Source: an uncultured Desulfurococcaceae archaeon
GTDB taxonomy: Archaea > Thermoproteota > Thermoprotei_A > Sulfolobales > NBVN01
DNA: 24,000 nucleotides
Direction: 5' to 3'
Assembly (NCBI GenBank): GCA_964655125.1
Contig: CAZZLT010000018.1
Span: 4,126-28,125 of the forward strand
The translations under genes and the position numbers were made by a program. Below, one piece after another: positions 1-6,860 of the stretch. The notes under the pieces were generated by a model, which was given only the letters and a program-made list of their open reading frames with translations, searched no databases and was not told the DNA's origin. Position 1 is the first letter of the stretch. Each line of letters begins with the position of its first letter.

Positions 1-391
1 ATGACTTGAATAGAGAGCTTATCTCTTTAACACTTAGAAACTCTGTCTCTAAATCGATATCCTCATCTCTTTTAATTTTATAGCTATCAGGTTGAATACC
101 ATGTGTTAAAGCCATTGACTTAAATTCTGGTGGAAGTTTATCTATTTGTTCATGTGTTATAGTAACTTCTATCTCATATGGCATAAAAGGACTGGTTTTC
201 GGAGTCCATAGCTTTTCACCAACATCGACTAACTGACCAATATCATTTGCCATCTCATCTATAGCTGCCCATCCACCTTCACTAAATAGAGCCCATACAG
301 CTGGAAACAATATCTTGTTTTCTCTAAACACTAATTCAGAAATCTCTCTAGCAATCTCCAATGCCCTATTAGCAATACTATTAATAGCCAT
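1..391 (-). CDS. 3' part of a split DUF438/hemerythrin/PAS-type sensor gene (last hemerythrin-like helix plus start of a PAS-like region); partial, runs off the window start
   Basis: My own translation of the minus strand from ATG 391..389 gives MAINSIANRALEIAREISELVFRENKILFPAVWALFSEGGWAAIDEMANDIGQLVDVGEKLWTPKTSPFMPYEIEVTITHEQIDKLPPEFKSMALTHGIQPDSYKIKRDEDIDLETEFLSVKEISSLFKS. The frame is open to position 1. It is absent from the track because no stop lies in the window. The ExxxLFP-type helix is typical of HHE hemerythrin domains. Confidence 0.55.
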   Translation of the reverse strand, partial: MAINSIANRALEIAREISELVFRENKILFPAVWALFSEGGWAAIDEMANDIGQLVDVGEKLWTPKTSPFMPYEIEVTITHEQIDKLPPEFKSMALTHGIQPDSYKIKRDEDIDLETEFLSVKEISSLFKS

Positions 392-974
392 TGATCAAAA
401 CGGCTAAAAGCTTAGATATAAACTCGCTAAGTTGTCTCATCTTGACTATAACCTGGTCTTCCCTACCCCACATAACCCTTGGAACAGCAACTATACCTCT
501 TCTCTCAAGATATGGAAATACAAGCATTTGAATTTTTCTATAGTGAAGTCTAAGTCTTCTTAGATTCTGAACTACAGCATTTAAAGCACCTAAAATGTTT
601 TTAGTTTCTTCAACTCCTCTAGACTGGGTTAATGCAGAGGCATAAAGAGCTAAGGCATCAGCTTGTTTCAATATCCATTCATTTTCTCTCATAAGAAAAC
701 CTATTGGATGTCCTTTTGGAACATCTCTTAGCTCTCTAGACTTTAGAAATTCTCTAAAAAGCTCTACATGAAGGTCACAAAGCTTTAGAATATCATCAAT
801 AGATGTACCCTCTCTAACAAGTTGCTGTTCTATAATCGGTATTTCAAAAGGTGAAATCTGTGATAATGTATCGCTAAATCTTCTCTTTATCTCCTCAACA
901 CTTTCACCTCTATGTATATTCTTTAACAGCTCTTTTACTATTCCAATCTTTTTATTCATATCCAAATTTGACAT
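381..974 (-). CDS. DUF438 N-terminal domain plus first three helices of a hemerythrin-like (HHE) cation-binding domain
   Basis: 197-aa track ORF. The N-terminal ~75 aa (..ISPFEIPIIEQQLVREGTSIDDILKLCDLHVELF) looks like DUF438. It is followed by GHPIGFLMRENEWI and LHYRKIQMLVFPYLERRGIVAVPRVMWGREDQV, which are hemerythrin-type helices. The ORF ends inside the domain. Confidence 0.7.
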   Translation of the reverse strand: MSNLDMNKKIGIVKELLKNIHRGESVEEIKRRFSDTLSQISPFEIPIIEQQLVREGTSIDDILKLCDLHVELFREFLKSRELRDVPKGHPIGFLMRENEWILKQADALALYASALTQSRGVEETKNILGALNAVVQNLRRLRLHYRKIQMLVFPYLERRGIVAVPRVMWGREDQVIVKMRQLSEFISKLLAVLINGY

Positions 975-1142
975 GTGTTAAGCACAGAGATTCATATCAC
1001 ATACCAAGATAAAAACTAATCTATATAAATACCAGAAATAGAGTATAAAACACTGTAACATTGTTTTAAATTAAATATGGAGTTCAAAACTATTTTATAT
1101 TAGCTAAGTTTCTATACTGTTTAAAGCTATAAGGTAGGTAAA

Positions 1143-1631
1143 ATGTATGATATAGTTACACATACAGATCTTGACGGTATTGTTGGTGCAGCTACCTATA
1201 TTTTAGGTATAAGGTATTAGAAAAATGAATATTATGTACTGTTTATAGAGCCTATAGAGATTGAAAAGATATGCGATCTTAGTAATAAAAGCTATGAAGC
1301 TATATCGATAATTGATATGGGTGTTAATGTTGATAGTTTAAAGGAGTTGCTGAGGTGTATAGAGGATAACAGTGTTGATGTATATTGGTATGATCATCAT
1401 ATATGGGATTTAGAATGGATTAATGAGTTGTCTAGATATGGTGTAAAGCTATATATAGATTCCAACTCGAAGTGTGCAGCTGATGTAGTTGCTAAGTCAA
1501 TGAATATAGAAAATAGATTGATTAGAGAATATGTTGATGTTATATGTGCTGTAGATTCTTGGAGTTTTTATAGATGGGAGGCACTCTATCTCTATCGATA
1601 TATAGACTATGTAAAGAGGTTCTATGATTAG
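1143..1631 (+). pseudogene. DHH-family phosphoesterase, disrupted (in-frame TAG at 1218-1220; apparently lacks the DHHA1 C-terminal domain)
   Basis: ATG 1143 gives MYDIVTHTDLDGIVGAATYILGIRY, then TAG. The same frame stays open into track ORF 1317..1631. DHH motifs appear in order: DxD (HTDLDG), D (IIDMG), DHH (WYDHHIW). The reading frame stops at 162 codons, just before the GC-rich island. Confidence 0.65.
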
Positions 1632-1651
1632 AGAGAGCATTTATAGATATT

Positions 1652-1909
1652 CTAGGATATGTTTAAGTGTATAGCTGTGTTGCCGCTCTCCACGATCTCT
1701 CTTATGGTAACTATGCGTGGAAGCAAATACTTGCTCACCTCTATCCAGAGGTGGAGACGCTGTAGGTGTCTATAGACGTAGTTCACAAACACAGGCCTCT
1801 CGATAAAGCTGTGCAAGCTGAAGGGAGGGTTGGGCTTTGCGTAGATTACGCCGCTCTCGTTCCACACCCTCCTCACCGCTTCGTACAGCTTGCTGGAGTT
1901 GACATTAAC
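1652..1909 (-). pseudogene. Downstream continuation of the island gene, separated from ORF 1910..2242 by a single in-frame TGA; the 3' end reads out into AT-rich flanking sequence
   Basis: Same frame as 1910..2242 (33 nt = 11 open codons lie between the TGA and the GTG of track ORF 1652..1876). Translation: VNVNSSKLYEAVRRVWNESGVIYAKPNPPFSLHSFIERPVFVNYVYRHLQRLHLWIEVSKYLLPRIVTIREIVESGNTAIHLNIS. No family recognised. Confidence 0.35.
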
Positions 1910-2242
1910 TCAGAACTCGAGGATCTCTCCCTCAGGGTCGCACACTATTCGAACCTCAGTCACCTCGCTAACGCCTAGCCCCTGAGAGAAGTACTTGCCG
2001 TGGTACTCGCTGAACTTGAGCTCGACACCGTTCACGTAAACAGTCCTCGGATAGCTCTTCGCCGGAGCTTCCTGCGTAGCTTCCTCTTCAGGTAGAGGAG
2101 ATGGGGCGCTGTACTCGGGCTCTACCAGCTCTAGAAGCTCCAGTGGTTCTAGAGGGTGAAGATTAGATACGTACAGCACTACCCCTACACCCACTAAGAT
2201 GGCTAGGGCTAAAGCACCTATCTTCAGGTTGGAGCTAGGCAT
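1910..2242 (-). CDS. Small N-terminally membrane-anchored or secreted hypothetical protein (foreign codon usage)
   Basis: 110-aa track ORF with a hydrophobic segment KIGALALAILVGVGVVLYV followed by an acidic, Pro-rich linker. On its own strand a GGGAG Shine-Dalgarno-like motif lies 5-9 nt upstream of the ATG, and TATA-like boxes (ttttaaat, ttttaagtt) lie 30-48 nt upstream. Confidence 0.5.
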   Translation of the reverse strand: MPSSNLKIGALALAILVGVGVVLYVSNLHPLEPLELLELVEPEYSAPSPLPEEEATQEAPAKSYPRTVYVNGVELKFSEYHGKYFSQGLGVSEVTEVRIVCDPEGEILEF

Positions 2243-2364
2243 AGATCTCCCTTCTATACAGGTATCTAAGAACTTAAAACAGATTTAAAAGCTTGCCACT
2301 TGCCAGGTTTCGTTCGCAGGGCAAACTCTTTATTTAGAGTATTATCAAGGCGCTTTACCGAGTT

Positions 2365-2397
2365 TCACGCTCTACGTTTCCCAGATGAAACGCGTGA
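2365..2397 (+). other. Interrupted stem-loop in the tRNA-half upstream region
   Basis: tcacg (2365-2369) pairs with cgtga (2393-2397), and cgtttc (2375-2380) pairs with gaaacg (2387-2392). The loop is ccagat, with a 5-nt bulge ctcta on the 5' side. That gives 11 bp in total. Confidence 0.4.
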
Positions 2398-2407
2398 CGG
2401 ACATAGG

Positions 2408-2463
2408 CAAGCTTTGAGAGCTGGTGGGCGTAGCCCACGCGGGTTCGAATCCCGCCCCCGGCG
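2408..2463 (+). tRNA. Orphan 3' portion of a class II tRNA, most likely tRNA-Ser; no 5' half in the window
   Basis: The T arm is gcggg-ttcgaat-cccgc (2439-2455). The acceptor 3' strand is ccccggc (2456-2462) with discriminator G (2463). A long variable-arm hairpin is formed by gtgggc-gta-gcccac (2424-2438). A possible anticodon arm is caagc/tttgaga/gctgg, with TGA at 2415-2417 and 4 of 5 stem pairs. The required 5' acceptor strand g[ct][ct]gggg occurs nowhere upstream. Confidence 0.6.
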
Positions 2464-2520
2464 TCTTAAACTATTATAGTGAACTCCTTGAAACGTTAGT
2501 TAGGGATACATTTCTAAAAA

Positions 2521-2552
2521 CTTATATATTCTCCGTAGTAAAGTTTTTAATG
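2521..2552 (+). promoter_or_regulatory. Candidate promoter region of the uS13 operon (two TATA-like boxes)
   Basis: cttatatat (2521-2529) lies about 45-50 nt upstream of ATG 2574, and gtttttaa (2543-2550) about 25 nt upstream. A GGTGGGG Shine-Dalgarno-like motif sits at 2562-2568. Which box is used cannot be decided from sequence alone. Confidence 0.35.
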
Positions 2553-2573
2553 CACTATATTGGTGGGGCTGTA

Positions 2574-3023
2574 ATGCCTGAAGCTATGTTTAAGCATATA
2601 GTTAGGGTGGCTGGTACTGATATAGATGGTAATCTTAGACTACCGTATGGTTTATTGAAGATTAAGGGTGTTGGTTATCAGTTAGCAATGCATGTGATTA
2701 GGGTGTTAGGGTTAGACCCTAATTTAAGGGTTGGTTATCTATCTGAGGGTGATGTTAAGAAGATAGAGGCTGTATTAGCTAATTTATTAAGTTATGGTAT
2801 CCCTTCATGGGCTTTAAATAGGAGGAAGGACTACATCACCGGTTTAGACTTACATTTAATAGGTGCTGATTTATTATATGCTGCTAGAGAGGATATTGAG
2901 AGGGAGAAGAGGATTAAGTCTTGGAGAGGTATTAGACATGCTTTAGGGCTTAAGGTTAGAGGCCAGAGGACTCATACAACCGGTAGGATAGGTCCTACAG
3001 TAGGTGTTAGTAAGAAGAAGTGA
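2574..3023 (+). CDS. rps13: 30S ribosomal protein S13 (uS13)
   Basis: MPEAMFKHIVRVAGTDIDGNLRLPYGLLKIKGVGYQLA.. is a typical archaeal uS13 N-terminus. The track ORF start at 2424 reads through the tRNA fragment and is not credible; ATG 2574 (or 2550) is in the same frame. Confidence 0.93.
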   Translation: MPEAMFKHIVRVAGTDIDGNLRLPYGLLKIKGVGYQLAMHVIRVLGLDPNLRVGYLSEGDVKKIEAVLANLLSYGIPSWALNRRKDYITGLDLHLIGADLLYAAREDIEREKRIKSWRGIRHALGLKVRGQRTHTTGRIGPTVGVSKKK

Positions 3024-3029
3024 TGTGTT

Positions 3030-3533
3030 ATGGGTGACCCTAAGAAATCTCGTAAGATTTGGGAGAGGCCTGGACATCCATGGATTAAGGAGAGATTAGT
3101 TAGGGAGATGGAGTTAATAGGTAAGTACGGTCTTAGGAATAAGAAGGAGTTATGGAAAGCTCAAACACTTCTTAGGGAGTTCAGGAGGAGGGCTAAGGCA
3201 CTACTATCACTTCCCCCAGAGTTAAGAGCTACTAGGGAGAGGGAGTTAGTTAGTAAGTTATACCGTCTAGGACTACTGAGTTCTGAGAATGCTGCTGTAG
3301 AGGATATCTTAGCATTAGATGTTGAGAGTGTTTTAGAGAGGAGGTTACAGACGATAGTGTTTAAGAAGGGGTTAGCATTAAGTATTCATCACGCTAGACA
3401 ATTAATAACTCATGGGCATATAGCTATCGGTATACGTAGAGTTACTTCACCTGGTTATTTAGTTAGTAGGGATGAGGAGAACTTAGTCGTGCCTGTTTCA
3501 TCAATTAAACAAAGTATTGTTAGGATTAGGTGA
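3030..3533 (+). CDS. rps4: 30S ribosomal protein S4 (uS4)
   Basis: 167 aa. [18 protein letters not shown].. and the C-terminal S4 RNA-binding domain ([13 protein letters not shown]) are characteristic. It occupies the conserved position after uS13. Confidence 0.95.
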   Translation: MGDPKKSRKIWERPGHPWIKERLVREMELIGKYGLRNKKELWKAQTLLREFRRRAKALLSLPPELRATRERELVSKLYRLGLLSSENAAVEDILALDVESVLERRLQTIVFKKGLALSIHHARQLITHGHIAIGIRRVTSPGYLVSRDEENLVVPVSSIKQSIVRIR

Positions 3534-3937
3534 TAGGATTGTTCTCAGTGAGGGAGATTAAGTGGGGTATAGCACATATATTCAGTTCATTCAATAATAC
3601 GATAATTACTATAACTGATTTAAGCGGTGCTGAAACATTCTCTAGAGCTTCTGGTGGTATGGCTGTTAAAGCTGATAGGGAGAAACCATCACCTTATACT
3701 GCAATGATGATAGCGTATAAAGTAGCTCAAGAAGCTATGGATAAAGGTATAGGTGCTATACATATTAAGGTTAGAGGTCCGGGTGAGCACGGACCTAAGA
3801 TACCGGGTCCAGGTGCTCAAGCAGCTATAAGAGCTCTAGCTAGGGCTGGATTTATAATTGGTAGGATAGAGGATGTAACCCCTATTCCTCACGATAGTAC
3901 TAGAAGACCTGGCGGTAGGCGTGGACGTAGAGTGTAG
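3530..3937 (+). CDS. rps11: 30S ribosomal protein S11 (uS11)
   Basis: [19 protein letters not shown] and the C-terminal [15 protein letters not shown] are uS11 hallmarks. The GTG start overlaps the rps4 stop. Confidence 0.95.
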   Translation: MIGLFSVREIKWGIAHIFSSFNNTIITITDLSGAETFSRASGGMAVKADREKPSPYTAMMIAYKVAQEAMDKGIGAIHIKVRGPGEHGPKIPGPGAQAAIRALARAGFIIGRIEDVTPIPHDSTRRPGGRRGRRV

Positions 3938-3946
3938 GTGGATTTA

Positions 3947-4771
3947 ATGAGTTTAAACGTTAATGTTTTAGATAAGGGTAAGAACCATATAAAGTTATTA
4001 TTTGAAGGTGTCTCACTACCCCTACTTAACGCTGTTAGGAGGGTAGCATTAGCTGAGGTCCCTACAATGGCTGTTGATGAGGTAATATTCGTGGATAATA
4101 CATCAGCTCTGTATGATGAGATAATAGCTCATAGATTAGGTATGATACCACTAACCTCAGATGATGCGTTAGAGAAATATAAAATGCCGGAGGATTGTGC
4201 TGAGAGTACTGAGGTTGAGGGTTGTTACACAATCTTAACACTTGATGTATCAGCTAAGGATGAGGTATTAACAGTTTACTCACGTGATCTAATCTCGCAA
4301 GACCCTGACGTTAGACCGGTCTCACCAGATATACCTATAGCTGTGTTAGCACCTGGACAGAGATTAGCTTTTGAGGCTAGGGCTAGGTTAGGTAGAGGTA
4401 AAGAACATATAAAGTGGAGTCCATCTACTGTAGCTACAGTTACTTACTTAGCTAAAGTGAGTTTAAACAGTAGTAGATGTAATTTATGTGGTAAATGTAT
4501 TGAGGTCTGCCCTCGAGGTGTACTTAAGTTAGTGAGGGATGGTATTGAAGTTGATGAGGGTAAATGTATTTTATGTAGGCAGTGTGTTAAGGTATGTGAT
4601 CGTGATGCTATAGACTTAAGCTGGTATGAGGATAAGTACGTACTCTATATTGAGAGTAGTGGTGCGTTAAAACCTGAGAGGATATTATCAGAAGCTCTTA
4701 AAGTAATTATCAATAAACTTCAAATAATTTACAACGAACTTAACAAGTTAGGTAGTGTTGGGGGGAGTTAA
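3947..4771 (+). CDS. rpoD: DNA-directed RNA polymerase subunit D (Rpo3) with a ferredoxin-like Cys-cluster domain
   Basis: LLFEGVSLPLLNAVRRVALAEVPTMAVDEV and YDEIIAHRLGMIPL are conserved subunit D/Rpb3 motifs. CNLCGKCIEVCP and CILCRQCVKVCD form the Fe-S domain known from Sulfolobus RpoD. An alternative GTG start lies at 3938. Confidence 0.93.
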   Translation: MSLNVNVLDKGKNHIKLLFEGVSLPLLNAVRRVALAEVPTMAVDEVIFVDNTSALYDEIIAHRLGMIPLTSDDALEKYKMPEDCAESTEVEGCYTILTLDVSAKDEVLTVYSRDLISQDPDVRPVSPDIPIAVLAPGQRLAFEARARLGRGKEHIKWSPSTVATVTYLAKVSLNSSRCNLCGKCIEVCPRGVLKLVRDGIEVDEGKCILCRQCVKVCDRDAIDLSWYEDKYVLYIESSGALKPERILSEALKVIINKLQIIYNELNKLGSVGGS

Positions 4772-4772
4772 G

Positions 4773-5135
4773 ATGAGACGTACAGGGCCTACAAACATAA
4801 ACTTAAGACTACTGATTAAGGAGTTGAATAAGTACGCTAAGGATTACAACGCACCTATATGGAGTTACGTAGCTGAATTACTCTCTAGACCTGCTAGGAA
4901 ACGTGTAGTAGTTAACTTAAGTAAGTTGAATAGGTATGCTAATGATGGTGATGTTGTAGTAGTACCCGGTAAGGTGTTAGGAGGAGGTAGTCTTACTAAG
5001 AAAATCACATTAGCTACTGTATCAATATCACTACCAGCTCTAGAGAAGGTTAGGGGGTCAGGAAGTAGAGTAATTCATATTAAGGATTTAATCAGGGAAT
5101 TTCCTAAAGGTTCTGGTGTGAAGGTGGTAATATGA
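4773..5135 (+). CDS. rpl18e: 50S ribosomal protein L18e (eL18)
   Basis: MRRTGPTNINLRLLIKEL... is an eL18-type N-terminus. The gene holds the conserved position between rpoD and rpl13. The track start at 4755 is upstream in the same frame. Confidence 0.9.
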   Translation: MRRTGPTNINLRLLIKELNKYAKDYNAPIWSYVAELLSRPARKRVVVNLSKLNRYANDGDVVVVPGKVLGGGSLTKKITLATVSISLPALEKVRGSGSRVIHIKDLIREFPKGSGVKVVI

Positions 5136-5569
5136 GTAATAAGGTATTGGTGATAGATGCTGAAGGTGCTGTATTAGGTAGGTTAGCTACTATAGTAGCT
5201 AAGTCATTACTAGATGGGTATAAAGTCTACATAGTTAACGCTGAGAAAGCTGTTGTGAGTGGTAATCCTCAGATAGTTGTAGAATCGTATAAGATTTGGT
5301 TAGAGATAAAGACGTTAAGGAATCCGTATAAGTGGTCCCCGAAGAGGCCTAGGAACCCCGTAGCTATAGTTAAGAAGGCTGTTAAGGGTATGTTACCTAA
5401 GGATAGTTGGAGAGGTGTTGAAGCATTTAAGAATTTGAAGGTCTATATAGGCTTCCCGGAGGAGTTGAAGAAGTATAACGTTGTTAAAGTAGACTACACA
5501 TCTTCAAGACTTAGTAAAGGATTTATAACAGTTGGTGAGATAGCTAAAATGCTTGGGTGGAAGGGTTGA
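5132..5569 (+). CDS. rpl13: 50S ribosomal protein L13 (uL13)
   Basis: VIDAEGAVLGRLATIVAKSLLDG and AVKGMLPK are uL13 motifs. ATGA overlap with the rpl18e stop. Confidence 0.95.
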   Translation: MSNKVLVIDAEGAVLGRLATIVAKSLLDGYKVYIVNAEKAVVSGNPQIVVESYKIWLEIKTLRNPYKWSPKRPRNPVAIVKKAVKGMLPKDSWRGVEAFKNLKVYIGFPEELKKYNVVKVDYTSSRLSKGFITVGEIAKMLGWKG

Positions 5570-5988
5570 GTACACAGCAACAACAGTTGAAAGTTGTTTT
5601 AGCGTCGTGTAAGAGGAAGACAGCTATTGCTAGGGTAGTAGTTAAACCAGGTAAGGGTAGGGTATGGGTTAACGGTATACCTTTAGAGATATACCCGATA
5701 GAGATGGCTCGTTTAAAGATTATGGAGCCGTTACTACTAGCTGGTGAGTCTATTTGGAAGTCTGTTGATGTTAAGGTTAAAGTCTCTGGTGGTGGTTTTA
5801 TGGCTCAAGCAGATGCTGCTAGGACAGCTATTGCTAGGGCTTTAATACTTTATACAGGTAGTGAGGAGTTAAAACAACGTTTTAAGGAGTATAGTAGGGT
5901 GATGATTGCTGGAGACCCTAGACAGACAGAACCTGAGAAGTGGATGCGTTATAGTGCTAGGAGGTGGAGGCAGAAGTCCTACAGGTGA
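5557..5988 (+). CDS. rps9: 30S ribosomal protein S9 (uS9)
   Basis: GKRKTAIARVVVKPGKGRVWVNG and the C-terminal RRWRQKSYR are uS9 hallmarks. The start is uncertain (GTG 5557 or TTG 5566). Confidence 0.93.
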   Translation: MEGLSTQQQQLKVVLASCKRKTAIARVVVKPGKGRVWVNGIPLEIYPIEMARLKIMEPLLLAGESIWKSVDVKVKVSGGGFMAQADAARTAIARALILYTGSEELKQRFKEYSRVMIAGDPRQTEPEKWMRYSARRWRQKSYR

Positions 5989-5994
5989 TACTTA

Positions 5995-6198
5995 ATGGTT
6001 ATAATACCTGTTAGGTGTTTTACTTGCGGTGCTTTAATAGGTGATAAGTGGAGGGAATTTGCTGAGAGGGTTAGTAAGGGTGAGAACCCGGGTAGGGTAT
6101 TAGATGATTTAGGGATTACTAGGTATTGCTGTAGGAGGATGTTCCTCTCACATGTGGATTTAATAAATGAGATAATTATGTATTCTAGGAAGGTATGA
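5995..6198 (+). CDS. rpoN: DNA-directed RNA polymerase subunit N (Rpo10)
   Basis: 67 aa. [12 protein letters not shown]...YCCRRM is the Rpb10/RpoN zinc-bundle signature. Confidence 0.95.
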   Translation: MVIIPVRCFTCGALIGDKWREFAERVSKGENPGRVLDDLGITRYCCRRMFLSHVDLINEIIMYSRKV

Positions 6199-6860
6199 GT
6201 ATGTATCAGCCGTCTGAGGAGAAGAAGGAGTTTGAGAGAGCGTTAATTACTGAGAAGGGTGCTATAGAACTTCTAGTACCGTTAGATATCTACTTATCAG
6301 CAGGTGTTCATATAGGGACTCACATATGTACTAAGCATATGGAGGGATTCGTATATAGGTTAAGGTCTGACGGACTCTACATACTTAATGTAAAGTTAAT
6401 AGATGAGAGGATTAGAGTAGCTGCTAAGTTCTTATCGAGGTTTAACGTAGGGTCAGTCTTAGCTGTTTCAGCTAGGCAGTACGGGTTTAAACCTGTAGAG
6501 ATGTTTGCACGTCTTACTAATAACAGACATATCATCGGTAGGTTTATACCTGGGACTCTAACTAATCCTAGGTTATCATCTTATGTAGAGGCTGACGTAG
6601 TAGTTGTGACGGATCCTAGAGCTGATGCTCAGGCATTAGTTGAGGCTTCAGAGGTCGGTATCCCAGTAGTCGCTATAGCTAGTACTGATAATAGGTTATC
6701 AGGTGTTGATTTAGTCATACCGGGTAATAATAAGGGTAGGAAGTCTTTAGCAGTTATTTACTGGTTACTAACTAGGCAGGTTTTAAGAGAGAAGGGTATG
6801 ATATCACCTAATGGTGATCTACCGGTAGGTTATGAGGATTTCGAAACTAAGGTGAGTTAA
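6195..6860 (+). CDS. rps2: 30S ribosomal protein S2 (uS2)
   Basis: [33 protein letters not shown] and [11 protein letters not shown] are uS2 motifs. ATGA overlap with the rpoN stop. Confidence 0.95.
   Translation: MSMYQPSEEKKEFERALITEKGAIELLVPLDIYLSAGVHIGTHICTKHMEGFVYRLRSDGLYILNVKLIDERIRVAAKFLSRFNVGSVLAVSARQYGFKPVEMFARLTNNRHIIGRFIPGTLTNPRLSSYVEADVVVVTDPRADAQALVEASEVGIPVVAIASTDNRLSGVDLVIPGNNKGRKSLAVIYWLLTRQVLREKGMISPNGDLPVGYEDFETKVS

Larger units (their letters stand above)
1675..2407. other. GC-rich, compositionally foreign island (possible remnant of an integrated element)
   Basis: Hand counts: line 1861-1920 is 31/60 GC and line 2041-2100 is 35/60 GC, against 21/60 for line 2641-2700. Codons are CTC/CTG/GAG/GCG/CCG/CGA-rich, unlike the TTA/AGG/GTT usage of every other gene in the window. 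Boundaries are approximate. Confidence 0.6.

Noticed and set aside
1218-1912. In-frame TAG (1218) and TGA (1910) as pyrrolysine or selenocysteine recoding, or as stop-codon reassignment
   Set aside because: TGA, TAG and TAA all terminate conserved genes in this window at the expected positions (e.g. rps13 TGA, rps11 TAG, rpoD TAA). I can see no SECIS-like or PYLIS-like context. Both genes show additional signs of decay.
1766-1978. Plus-strand ORF (70 aa) inside the GC-rich island
   Set aside because: It lies antisense to the more convincing minus-strand frame, which has a TM segment, a Shine-Dalgarno-like motif and a promoter. Long spurious ORFs are expected in GC-rich DNA.
2288-2415. The 10-bp inverted repeat as terminal inverted repeats of a MITE inserted into the tRNA
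   Set aside because: If a MITE had split the tRNA, the tRNA 5' half should lie immediately left of 2288. That sequence is instead an AT-rich promoter region with no tRNA-like features.
2424-2573. N-terminal 50 codons of the track ORF 2424..3023 (MGVAHAGSNPAPGV...)
   Set aside because: This part is a read-through of the tRNA fragment and promoter region. Conserved uS13 sequence begins at MPEAMFKH (ATG 2574), which has Shine-Dalgarno-like and TATA-like signals just upstream.
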